Virus record (IMG/VR): IMGVR_UViG_3300033388_003316
Length of the DNA stretch: 20,000 nucleotides
Reading direction: 5' to 3' (one strand)
Source: an uncultured virus (IMG/VR IMGVR_UViG_3300033388_003316)
Lineage: Duplodnaviria > Heunggongvirae > Uroviricota > Caudoviricetes
Made by a program: the position numbers and the translations under genes. A model generated the notes under the pieces. That model made no database searches, was not told where the DNA came from, and saw only the letters and a program-made list of their open reading frames with translations. Each line of letters begins with the position of its first letter. The first letter of the stretch is position 1. Below, in pieces: positions 1 to 8,844 of this stretch.

Positions 1-1
1 C

Positions 2-214
2 AACGCCAACGTTGTTGTTATTTTAGATGGTGATGCATATGAAGATGCTAAACGAATTTACCAAATGCTAAACATTATGAATTTGAGGGGCAAAATCAGA
101 TTAATTCGTCTAGGTATAGATTTTGACCCAGCATTAATAAATCAAAAATTTGGTAGAAAAACATACATTAAAGTGTTATCTAACACCAAAATAATACCAG
201 AAAGTGAATTATAA
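2..214 (+). CDS. DNA primase, C-terminal TOPRIM portion (5'-truncated by window edge)
   Basis: Frame 2 reads NANVVVILDGDAYEDAKRIY...IRLGIDFDPALINQKFG...ESEL*. Hydrophobic strand + DGD (TOPRIM DxD) and a later DP motif are typical of DnaG/T4 gp61-like primases. Sits next to nuclease and SbcCD genes. Not in the ORF track. Confidence 0.7.
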   Translation, partial: NANVVVILDGDAYEDAKRIYQMLNIMNLRGKIRLIRLGIDFDPALINQKFGRKTYIKVLSNTKIIPESEL

Positions 215-251
215 TCTTTTTCTGTAAAATATAATAATACAAATAATAATA

Positions 252-1196
252 ATGATTACAAACGATAAAGAATTATTACGTATCGGTTCGGAAATAAGAC
301 AAATAATAAGTGATAAACAAAAAGAAATATCACTATCATTTGTTGAGGATACACACACATACTATATTAAAAACAAGGAAGGTAAGATAGTTAGTAACCT
401 ACCATCAGTATCAACAGTAATCACCCAATACTATGAACCATTTGATGACATTACAAAATCATTTGAGATGTGTGATGGTGACTTACTAAAACAAGATGGG
501 TTATTGAAGGAATGGAAAGGTACAGCTGATTATGCAAATAATCAAGGTTCTAGAGTCCATTACTTACTTGAATGTGATTTACTTAAGATGTATAAATACA
601 ATAAGGAAGTTAGGAGACCAATATTCAAATGTGATGAGGAACAAATATTTATTGGTAATCAGATGATAGATGCTGGACACAACTTTATAAGACTAATGCA
701 TAGACGTGGTGCTGTATTACTTGATACTGAGATGGTATTGGGTAGTATTGATTTGGGTTACACTGGCCAACCAGATAAGGTTTGGTTGATTAGGAATGCT
801 AAAGGTGAATTAGGTTTTATCATTACCGATTGGAAAACAAATAAACCAAAGAATTTCATAGTACAACATTATACTGGTAAAATGTTACCACCTTTTGATG
901 ACCAAAACGATACAGCTTTGGAGCACTATAAAATTCAATTACCACTTTACGGTAGGTTGATTTTGGATATGTTAAAGGGAACTAAATTTGAGAGTTTGAA
1001 ATTCTTCGGATGTGTTATTGTTCACTTATTACAGAACGGAACGTACAAAGAATATAGGGTTGAGAATACCTTTATTGATAGAATATTGACTGAACCACCA
1101 TTACCTAGAATTAATGAGGTTATTGAGTATAAAAATAATCATGCTCGTAGAGAAGAAAATCGAATTAAACAAGTAAATAAATTAATCAATGGGTAA
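252..1196 (+). CDS. PD-(D/E)XK family exonuclease (RecB/Cas4-like phage nuclease)
   Basis: Motifs HTY, PSVSTVI, GSRVH, E-x10-GQPD, ITDWKT and YKIQLPLY (QLxxY) match the phage PD-(D/E)XK nuclease pattern. Confidence 0.85.
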   Translation: MITNDKELLRIGSEIRQIISDKQKEISLSFVEDTHTYYIKNKEGKIVSNLPSVSTVITQYYEPFDDITKSFEMCDGDLLKQDGLLKEWKGTADYANNQGSRVHYLLECDLLKMYKYNKEVRRPIFKCDEEQIFIGNQMIDAGHNFIRLMHRRGAVLLDTEMVLGSIDLGYTGQPDKVWLIRNAKGELGFIITDWKTNKPKNFIVQHYTGKMLPPFDDQNDTALEHYKIQLPLYGRLILDMLKGTKFESLKFFGCVIVHLLQNGTYKEYRVENTFIDRILTEPPLPRINEVIEYKNNHARREENRIKQVNKLING

Positions 1197-1237
1197 AAAA
1201 CAAATTAGTTTTAATAAAATATAAACATGTGGTAAAC

Positions 1238-1268
1238 TTGTGGGGGTCTAAAAATTTATATATCTTTG
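1238..1268 (+). promoter_or_regulatory. Bacteroidota housekeeping-type promoter (-33 TTG, -7 TAnnTTTG) upstream of sbcD
   Basis: TTG at 1238-1240, 20-nt spacer, TATCTTTG at 1261-1268, 10 nt before the ATG at 1279. Confidence 0.7.
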
Positions 1269-1278
1269 TATAAAAACT

Positions 1279-2103
1279 ATGGGAAATAAAGTTTTAAAAA
1301 TCATTCATTTGGCTGACATACACATTAGGACGTTTAGGATGCATGAGGAATATAAAGAAGTGTTTCAGACATTCATTGATAAATGTAAGAGACTTACAGA
1401 AGGTTATGAACATGGGGAGGTACGTATAGCCATTGTTGGTGATTTGGTTCACCAGAAAATTACAATATCAAATGAACAATTGGTATTATGTACTTGGTTA
1501 TTAGCTGAACTAGCCAAAATAGCTCCAGTTGTGTTAGTTGCTGGAAATCACGATTTATTGGAAAACAATAAAGATAGAATGGATTCACTCACCCCAATCG
1601 TACAACTACTAGATAATGAAAATATTCGTTATTATAAAGAGAGTAAGTGTTATATAGATGAAAATATTGTTTGGTGTAACTACTCGATATTTGATGAAAA
1701 CAAAAGACCAGATATTGAATACGGTAGGGTTAATCACGGTGACGATAAGTGTTTCATTGGGTTATACCACGCACCCTTAATTGGTGCTACCACAGATACA
1801 GGTTATGAATTTGACGAACACCACACTAATTTAGAACATTTCGAGGGTTGTGACATGGTGTTATTGGGTGATATCCACAAAAGACAAATATTTAACCACC
1901 AAGGGATTACTATAGCATATCCATCATCATTAATCCAACAAGGGTTCGGTGAGACCGTTAGTAAACATGGGTTTTTATTCTGGGACGTGGAGACTAGAAC
2001 TTATGAAGAACATGATATAGAGACTAGATATGGTTTCTACCAATTTAAAATAAAATCATTAGATGATTTGGAGAAAGGTATTGAAGTACACACTAATAGC
2101 TAA
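1279..2103 (+). CDS. sbcD: SbcD/Mre11-like metallophosphoesterase nuclease (T4 gp47-like)
   Basis: All calcineurin-like motifs present: HLADIH, VGDLVH, AGNHD, LYH, LGDIH, plus YPSS. Upstream of an SbcC ATPase. Confidence 0.9.
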   Translation: MGNKVLKIIHLADIHIRTFRMHEEYKEVFQTFIDKCKRLTEGYEHGEVRIAIVGDLVHQKITISNEQLVLCTWLLAELAKIAPVVLVAGNHDLLENNKDRMDSLTPIVQLLDNENIRYYKESKCYIDENIVWCNYSIFDENKRPDIEYGRVNHGDDKCFIGLYHAPLIGATTDTGYEFDEHHTNLEHFEGCDMVLLGDIHKRQIFNHQGITIAYPSSLIQQGFGETVSKHGFLFWDVETRTYEEHDIETRYGFYQFKIKSLDDLEKGIEVHTNS

Positions 2104-2564
2104 TGAAAATAAATAATACCATAATAGATAATATTAAGGAATACTGCAAACTTAATGGGATTTTAAATATTGATGAATTTGTAAATAAAGCATTAAATCG
2201 TGGATTCACAATCGCTAAGTATGGTGAAACGCCAACAACAACACAACATATCCCAAAAGTAATAGAAAAAGAAGTCCCTATTGAAGTGATTAAAGAAATT
2301 GAGGTAATTAAAGAAGTTGAAAAAATAGTAAATGTTACTGATGATGTAGAAATTAATAGGTTATTAAATAAAATTGAAGATATGAAAATGTCTCATATAG
2401 AAACCATTAATTTACTTAAAAAAGATATGGGGGAGCAAAACCAAGTAATAATAAAATTAAATAAGGAGAAAAATCTTATTAAATTGGATTGTGATGAACA
2501 ATTAAAAAATAAAGACGAAGAAATAAGAAAACTTAAATCTAACAAAGATTTTTACGGTGAATAA
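2103..2564 (+). CDS. Hypothetical coiled-coil protein with EVIKE-type low-complexity repeats
   Basis: 153-aa ORF coupled to sbcD by a TAATG overlap. Contains KVIEKEVPIEVIKEIEVIKEVEKIV and a charged helical C-terminus. Confidence 0.7.
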   Translation: MKINNTIIDNIKEYCKLNGILNIDEFVNKALNRGFTIAKYGETPTTTQHIPKVIEKEVPIEVIKEIEVIKEVEKIVNVTDDVEINRLLNKIEDMKMSHIETINLLKKDMGEQNQVIIKLNKEKNLIKLDCDEQLKNKDEEIRKLKSNKDFYGE

Positions 2565-2565
2565 T

Positions 2566-4932
2566 ATGAAAAAAATCGAAGAAAATAAATTAGTTAAAAT
2601 ACCACCATATGCTAAAGTTAAGGTATATTGGGATGATAATCCAGAAAATTATTCTAGAGAAGGTAGAAATAGAGTTCAATCATATTTTTCTAGAAAATAC
2701 GGGGTGACAAAAACAAACGTTAATGTCGTATTCAGACCAACTAAGATAGATAAAAACGGTAATGAAATCGAAATCAGTGGTGCTGGTATTGATAACATAA
2801 TGGACAGTAATTATCAAAGGGGTTTAATGAAAGAGTGGATTGAAAGAAATGAAAAAAAAGTTGATTTCCAAAGAATAGTTAAATTAGATGAAAAGGTTAA
2901 TGGTTCATTAGAAATAGATGTAAACGAAGTTAAACATAGGAGATGGGAAATAAAATGGTTAAGTATAAATAATTTTCTTTGTTATGGTGAAAACAATTAT
3001 GTTAATTTTGGTAAACTAAAAGGGTTATCAATCATTAATTCAACCCCTAAAAACCAAGGTGGTAAAACAACATTTAGTGTTGATGCTATAAAATTTTTAT
3101 TATTTGGTAAAACAACAAAAACAGACACTAATGCTGAAGTTTTTAACACATTTACTAATGAAAATAAAATAACTTTAAGAGGTATGATTACTTACGATGG
3201 TAAAGATATCATTATTGAAAGGGTGTTAAGTAGGACCGAAAAAAGAGCGGGTGGTTACACTATTAAAAATAAATTATCTTACTATAAGTTAATGCCAGAC
3301 GGTGAAGAAATAATTTTGGAAGAAGAAGACGCAACTTCAACCACAGCTGAAATTAAAAGAACTATTGGTGATGAATCTGATTTCGATATTACAATCCTTA
3401 CAACGGCAAAAAACTTAGAAGATTTAATAGACACCACCCCTACCGAGTCTGGAAAACTACTCACTAAATTTATTGGTATTGAAGTAATTGAAATGAAAGA
3501 AAAAATAGTTCGTAAAATGCACAATGAATATAGTAAAACTATGAAATCTAATCATTTTAATGTTGAGGAACTTAAAAATGAAATTATTGAACATAAAGAA
3601 GCCGTTGATTATAGTAAAAAATTATTAATTAAACAAAAACTTGAATTAGATGAAATAAAAAGTCGTATCAACATATTGAACAACGATAAAGATAATTTAT
3701 TAATTAGTAAAAAACCAGTTGATGTTACGATATCCCAATTAAACCCAGAAACAATAGAATCTGAAATAAAAAGTATAACTAATAAAGGTAAAGAGTTTGC
3801 GGAATCTATTAAGAAATATTTAGTTGAAATAAATGAAATTGGAAATGTAACATATGATGAAACAAGTTATTTTAATTTAAATAAGGAATATAATGCACTA
3901 GATGCTAAGTTAAATGCAAATATGGTAACTAAAGAAAACCATATTTGTACGGTAGACCAGTTAAAAAATGGTGAAATATGTCCAACATGTAAAAGACCAT
4001 TGGAAGATGTTGACCATTCAAACGAAATTAAAATTGAAGAAGCCAAAATCGAAAAATTAATTACTGAACACAAGGTTGGTACTAAAAAACTAGAAAAAAT
4101 AAGAGATGAAATTAACTTAATGGGTGAGGTTAAAAAATCTGTTGACCTAAAAAATAAGATTGAATTACAAAAAGACCGTGCTGAGGTTGAAATAGAGGCA
4201 CTAAGAAACAAAATAAAGGTTAAAAGAATTGATTTAAAAAATTATAATGATAATATTGAAACTATTAACCTTAATAGACTTATAGACTCAAAAATTGAGG
4301 TTGTTAAAACAAATATTGTGGTACAAGAAACCAAAAAAGACTCAATAATAGGTGAAATAAAAACTACAGAGAGTGATATAACCACCAATAATACTAGTAT
4401 CAGGACAAAAGAAACACTTATTGATACTATAGGTAAAGAAAAAGAGGTAGATAGGCTATTTAAGATATATGTTGAAATGATTGGTAAAAAAGGTATTAGT
4501 AAATTAATACTAAGGTCAGTACTACCAATCATCAACTCTGAGTTATATAGGTTAATGGATGAGGTTTGTGATTTTGAAGTAGAATTAACAATTAATGATA
4601 AAAATGATGTTGTATTTATACTAAGTAAAAATGGTATTGAGAAAAAATTAAAATCTGGAAGTGGTTTTGAAAAAACAACAGCAAGTATTGCATTAAGGTG
4701 TGTTTTAGGTAAAATATCACACCTACCCATGCCAAACTTCGTTACTTTTGACGAACCATTTGGTATGGTCGCTGATGTAAATCTAGATAAGATTAAACCA
4801 ATGTTTGATAAGATTAAAGATATGTATGATATTGTTTTTTTAATTTCCCACATAGATACTGTTAAAGATTGGGGTGACAATGTAATTACCGTTAAAAAAG
4901 TTAAAGATATTAGTGAAATATCAGTAAAATAA
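2566..4932 (+). CDS. sbcC: SbcC/Rad50-like SMC ATPase (T4 gp46-like) with ~125-aa N-terminal extension
   Basis: INNFLCYG, Walker A variant STPKNQGGKTT, coiled coil with zinc hook CPTC (3979-3990), signature variant SGSGFEK, Walker B FVTFDE, H-loop LISH. ATG 2566 preferred over the GTG at 2557. Confidence 0.9.
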   Translation: MKKIEENKLVKIPPYAKVKVYWDDNPENYSREGRNRVQSYFSRKYGVTKTNVNVVFRPTKIDKNGNEIEISGAGIDNIMDSNYQRGLMKEWIERNEKKVDFQRIVKLDEKVNGSLEIDVNEVKHRRWEIKWLSINNFLCYGENNYVNFGKLKGLSIINSTPKNQGGKTTFSVDAIKFLLFGKTTKTDTNAEVFNTFTNENKITLRGMITYDGKDIIIERVLSRTEKRAGGYTIKNKLSYYKLMPDGEEIILEEEDATSTTAEIKRTIGDESDFDITILTTAKNLEDLIDTTPTESGKLLTKFIGIEVIEMKEKIVRKMHNEYSKTMKSNHFNVEELKNEIIEHKEAVDYSKKLLIKQKLELDEIKSRINILNNDKDNLLISKKPVDVTISQLNPETIESEIKSITNKGKEFAESIKKYLVEINEIGNVTYDETSYFNLNKEYNALDAKLNANMVTKENHICTVDQLKNGEICPTCKRPLEDVDHSNEIKIEEAKIEKLITEHKVGTKKLEKIRDEINLMGEVKKSVDLKNKIELQKDRAEVEIEALRNKIKVKRIDLKNYNDNIETINLNRLIDSKIEVVKTNIVVQETKKDSIIGEIKTTESDITTNNTSIRTKETLIDTIGKEKEVDRLFKIYVEMIGKKGISKLILRSVLPIINSELYRLMDEVCDFEVELTINDKNDVVFILSKNGIEKKLKSGSGFEKTTASIALRCVLGKISHLPMPNFVTFDEPFGMVADVNLDKIKPMFDKIKDMYDIVFLISHIDTVKDWGDNVITVKKVKDISEISVK

Positions 4933-4989
4933 TTGTATTTTTGTGGTAGAATTATTATATTAGCTTTATTATTTAAAATATTTATAATT

Positions 4990-5460
4990 ATGAAATTTAA
5001 AAATTATTGTATAGTAGCACTAGGTGGTGTAGACGGAATTAAAGATATTGTATCTAAAATAACTGAAACAAAATTAAGATGTCTACAACAAACAGGTGTC
5101 TTTATAGGTACATTTACATGTACTATGACAGCAACAGAATTAAAAGAAGTTTTTGATAGGGAAAGTAGAACTTTTTTTATATTTGAAGTTGGTAATAACA
5201 CTAGTGCCTTTAAGATGGGTAAAGAAGATATCCACAACCAATTATTCGGATTTATTGAAAATGACAATAGTGAGGTTTTAAACATTATGAGTGATAAGTT
5301 AATGAATGAAATTAACAGTATTAAAATGAGTGGTAATACAAATGAACAATTAGGTCAAGAACTATCACTACAAGAACAACTTAATTTAGCTGTAGATACT
5401 GAGGATTATCTTAAAGCAGCTGAACTAAGGGATTTAATAAAATTAAATAGTAAAGATTAA
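4990..5460 (+). CDS. Hypothetical protein with C-terminal UVR (UvrB/UvrC coiled-coil) motif
   Basis: C-terminus LQEQLNLAVDTEDYLKAAELRDLIK matches the UVR motif. ATG at 4990 is more plausible than the track's TTG at 4933. Confidence 0.7.
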   Translation: MKFKNYCIVALGGVDGIKDIVSKITETKLRCLQQTGVFIGTFTCTMTATELKEVFDRESRTFFIFEVGNNTSAFKMGKEDIHNQLFGFIENDNSEVLNIMSDKLMNEINSIKMSGNTNEQLGQELSLQEQLNLAVDTEDYLKAAELRDLIKLNSKD

Positions 5461-5564
5461 ATTATTACATAAAAAACATTTAAAAAAGGTTTACTTTTTA
5501 ACATTATGTTGTATATTAATGTGTTCAGACGAACCAAAATAATAGTAAAGGAAAATGAAAATTG

Positions 5565-6413
5565 ATGAACAAAAAATATGTAAGTACTAACGGAGATGAT
5601 AGTATAACTAAATATTTTAAAGATATTAGACGAAGTGAAACACTAACCCCAGAAGAAGAATTGGACTTAGCCCAGAGGATTAAAAACGGTGATGATAACG
5701 CTATCGATACTTTAGTTAACGCCAATCTTAGGTTTGTGATATCCATAGCAAAAGAATATCAAGGCCAAGGTTTATCTTTAGCGGATTTAATTAGTGAAGG
5801 TAATTATGGTCTAATTAAAGCAGCGACTAGGTTTGACCACACCAGAGGGTTTAGATTTATATCTTATGCAGTATACTGGATTAAACAAGCAATTATGCAA
5901 AGTTTAAATGATAATTCTAGGTCAATTAGATTACCAGCAAATGTTATTAACAAACTTTATAAGATTAGAAAACAAATAGCTAAATTTGAGTCAGAAAATG
6001 GTAGATTACCAACTAATGGTGATGAGGTTATAAATAATAAAGGTGAAGTTGAGGAATTTGAATCAGGACCAAACACCCCAACATGCGGTTCTTTAAACCA
6101 AAGGATAAATGAAGATGGTGATGAATTATTAGAAGTAGTCATTGATGAAACATTTAACCAACCAGATATTTTTGAAATCAATGAGGATAAAATTAATGAA
6201 GAACTTTACAAAGCACTTGATGTGTTAGATGAAAGAGAAAGAAATATTATTGAGTCTTATTTTGGTTTAAACACTAATTTTGAACCGATGACTCTAGAAG
6301 CTATTGGTGAAAGATACGACTTAACTAAAGAACGTATCAGACAAATTAAGGAAAAGGCCATTAGAAAATTAAGGTATAATGTACATAATCTTTATGAGCT
6401 AATAAATGAATAA
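5565..6413 (+). CDS. rpoD: RNA polymerase sigma-70 family factor, RpoD/SigA-like, lacking region 1.1 (Bacteroidota type)
   Basis: Region 1.2 (ITKYFKDI...LTPEEE), region 2 (ANLRFVISIAKEYQGQGLSLADLISEGNYGLIKAATRFD...FISYAVYWIKQAI), region 3 (SIRLP) and region 4.2 (MTLEAIGERYDLTKERIRQIKEKAIRKLR). Confidence 0.92.
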   Translation: MNKKYVSTNGDDSITKYFKDIRRSETLTPEEELDLAQRIKNGDDNAIDTLVNANLRFVISIAKEYQGQGLSLADLISEGNYGLIKAATRFDHTRGFRFISYAVYWIKQAIMQSLNDNSRSIRLPANVINKLYKIRKQIAKFESENGRLPTNGDEVINNKGEVEEFESGPNTPTCGSLNQRINEDGDELLEVVIDETFNQPDIFEINEDKINEELYKALDVLDERERNIIESYFGLNTNFEPMTLEAIGERYDLTKERIRQIKEKAIRKLRYNVHNLYELINE

Positions 6414-6442
6414 AAATACATTGTTTTTAATATAATTAATTT

Positions 6443-7780
6443 ATGAAACTACATTTAGGATACATTTTAGGGTTATTTGCTATCGCATTAGCAGCATCAG
6501 CTGGTTATATTTCAGTTGTTGGTTGGGGTAAATTATTTGCTGGTGAATCAACAATCGTAATGATTGTTATGGGGATAATAGAGGCAGCCAAAGTTATTAC
6601 AACAATATATTTACATAGGTACGGTAAACGAAAACCTAGAACTAAAGATGTTGGGGTATTTAAGTACTTTTACACGGGATTATTATCACTAAAATCTTAT
6701 TTAGTTATTGGTGTTATGTCAACAATGTTCCTAACATCTGTTGGTATTTATGGGTTCTTAACTGGTGCCTATCAAGACACAGCTAATAAAATGGAAATAC
6801 ATGATGGTGAGGTGACGATACTTGAAGGTAAAAAAGAAATATTTGAAATTAAAATTGAAGATAATAAGGGTGTTATAAATACTAAAACAAATAGAATAAC
6901 AAGATTATCAGACCTTAGACTTAAACAAGAAACTAGATTAGATTCACTATTAAGTAATCGACACTGGAGTAATGTTAAAAAAACACAAGTTCAAATTGAG
7001 GAAGCAAATGAGGAGATTCAAAAACTAACATCTGATATTGATATTATAGTAGATAACAACTCATCATTACAAGACTCAGTTAGTAGATATCAAGTTAAAA
7101 TACTAGAATTAAAGGGTAATTCAGATGTTGCAGCTGAGATTGGCCCCCTTAAATACATTGCATCACTTACAGGACACCCTATGGGGTCAATAATAAACTG
7201 GCTGGTATTGGTTATAATATTTATTTTTGACCCGATGGCTATTTCACTAGTATTAGCGTCAAACAAAGTATTTGAAGTTAATAAGCGTAAATATGATAAT
7301 AACATTAATACATCAGAATTAGTAATCCCTAAAGGGTCAAACATATTTGTTAATGAAAATAATAGTGATTTAGAATTATCAGAAGAACCTACCGAAACAC
7401 TTAAAGATATTTGGGTGGGTCAAGATGAAGACATCATTGAACCAGAGCCGTTTGGTGACATTAACTATGAAGATGAGCAATCTCCAATAACTAACGATGT
7501 TAATAAACCAGAGGGTAAAACACTAGAATCAGATAAAGTAATCACACCAGAAGACCAAATTAAAGAGAATAAGGGGAAAATTAATGATGTGGTTAAAGGT
7601 ATTACAAGTACCACCACTCCAGTGATACCAACAGGTAATGTTAAAAGGGAAGAGATTAAGGAAATAAAAGAAGGTACTAGGGGATACTCAGTTTCCGTTC
7701 CAGAACCAACAAAGGTAGGAACTAATAAAGAAGTTAGGGGAGATAAACCTAAAACATTTTTTTTTAGAAGACCTAAATGA
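6443..7780 (+). CDS. Multi-pass membrane protein with long coiled coil and acidic low-complexity tail
   Basis: About three N-terminal hydrophobic segments, heptad-rich region ~aa110-225, AEIGPLKY motif, a further TM (IINWLVLVIIFIFDPMAISLVLA) and a P/E/D-rich tail. Confidence 0.75.
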   Translation: MKLHLGYILGLFAIALAASAGYISVVGWGKLFAGESTIVMIVMGIIEAAKVITTIYLHRYGKRKPRTKDVGVFKYFYTGLLSLKSYLVIGVMSTMFLTSVGIYGFLTGAYQDTANKMEIHDGEVTILEGKKEIFEIKIEDNKGVINTKTNRITRLSDLRLKQETRLDSLLSNRHWSNVKKTQVQIEEANEEIQKLTSDIDIIVDNNSSLQDSVSRYQVKILELKGNSDVAAEIGPLKYIASLTGHPMGSIINWLVLVIIFIFDPMAISLVLASNKVFEVNKRKYDNNINTSELVIPKGSNIFVNENNSDLELSEEPTETLKDIWVGQDEDIIEPEPFGDINYEDEQSPITNDVNKPEGKTLESDKVITPEDQIKENKGKINDVVKGITSTTTPVIPTGNVKREEIKEIKEGTRGYSVSVPEPTKVGTNKEVRGDKPKTFFFRRPK

Positions 7781-8397
7781 TGGGGAATATAATAATAGAT
7801 AAGACCCACCCACTAGGTATTCAAAACTTTTATCAAACCGAACACACTAAAAAACAAATAATAATTGGTAATACATTCTCCCATGGGTTAAACCATATTT
7901 TTGGGTGGGAAAATAGGTTAAATGGTAAGTATAAAATTACAGCCCCGATAACTATATTAAGGGATGGTACCATATACCAACACTATGACCCAAAATATTA
8001 CTCAGATTTTATGGGTATTAAGGATATCGATATGAATTCAATACCTATTGTTTTAGAAAATCAAGGTTGGTTAATTAAGGATTTAGAAGACAATAGGTAT
8101 ATTACTTGGGTTGGTGATATTTATAATAAAGAAAACGGGATTGTTGAAAAAAAATGGAGAAATAAAACGTACTGGGTACCTTACACAAATGAACAAATTA
8201 ATTCACTAGTTGATGTGTGTAAGTACCTTTGTGATAGATTTGGTGTCATACAAGAAACACTAAATCATAACACTATTGTTTCTGATGTGAGAAATTTTGA
8301 AGGAGTCACTTATAGAAGTAACTTCAGTAAATTTTACTCAGACGTGAACCCAACATTCTTGTTTGATGAATTTAAAAATAAATTAGAGTTAAAATAG
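7777..8397 (+). CDS. Amidase_2 (N-acetylmuramoyl-L-alanine amidase)-fold protein with degenerate catalytic residues
   Basis: Colinear by eye with the amidase domain of 13684..14661 (KQIIIGNT, ILRDGTIYQ, SIPIVLENQGWL, YWVPYTNEQINSL, YRSNF...SDVNP) but lacks the Zn ligands. ATGA overlap with the upstream gene. Confidence 0.7.
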   Translation: MMGNIIIDKTHPLGIQNFYQTEHTKKQIIIGNTFSHGLNHIFGWENRLNGKYKITAPITILRDGTIYQHYDPKYYSDFMGIKDIDMNSIPIVLENQGWLIKDLEDNRYITWVGDIYNKENGIVEKKWRNKTYWVPYTNEQINSLVDVCKYLCDRFGVIQETLNHNTIVSDVRNFEGVTYRSNFSKFYSDVNPTFLFDEFKNKLELK

Positions 8398-8403
8398 TTA
8401 AAA

Positions 8404-8832
8404 ATGAGTGAACTTAATGAATATGACATCACAAAAAAGATGTTAAATACAATTAGAGAGAATGTTAATCAAAACACTAACGACCAACAATCGTCAAATA
8501 ACACCCAAAATGATGTAATAGAATTAAGTGGTGAAGAAAGGAGTTCACAAGAAAAAAAGTTTAGAGAACTAGTAGATTCATCAGCACAATTCAACGTATT
8601 CAATGTGTACCCGAAAGCCAATAATGTTGTTTTCGGAGGTATGGTTCAAGGTATGGGTGGTATCGAATTCCAAATGACACTTGAAGATACTAATGGTTTA
8701 TACATTAGTGGTGATAATATACAAATAACTGATGAGGTATCTGATAAAATTAAAAAACTTAAAGCATTTTATGATGGTTTTAAAGATGAGTGGTATCAGA
8801 AATTAGCTTCCGAATATAAAAGCAAACAATAA
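8404..8832 (+). CDS. Hypothetical protein
   Basis: 142-aa ORF, tightly packed in the operon; no recognisable motif. Confidence 0.7.
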   Translation: MSELNEYDITKKMLNTIRENVNQNTNDQQSSNNTQNDVIELSGEERSSQEKKFRELVDSSAQFNVFNVYPKANNVVFGGMVQGMGGIEFQMTLEDTNGLYISGDNIQITDEVSDKIKKLKAFYDGFKDEWYQKLASEYKSKQ

Positions 8833-8844
8833 GGGTATTAATTT

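Noticed and set aside
252..1196. Cas4 or CRISPR-associated role for the PD-(D/E)XK nuclease
   Set aside because: No four-Cys Fe-S cluster pattern, no other cas genes and no repeat-spacer array; the context is replication/recombination.
2566..4932. Intein or intron in SbcC explaining its length
   Set aside because: No intein splice motifs or LAGLIDADG/HNH domain seen; the length is explained by the N-terminal extension and coiled coil.
4933..4989. TTG start and hydrophobic N-terminus (apparent signal peptide) of the UVR protein
   Set aside because: This stretch is AT-rich intergenic DNA containing promoter-like motifs; ATG 4990 is the more plausible start.
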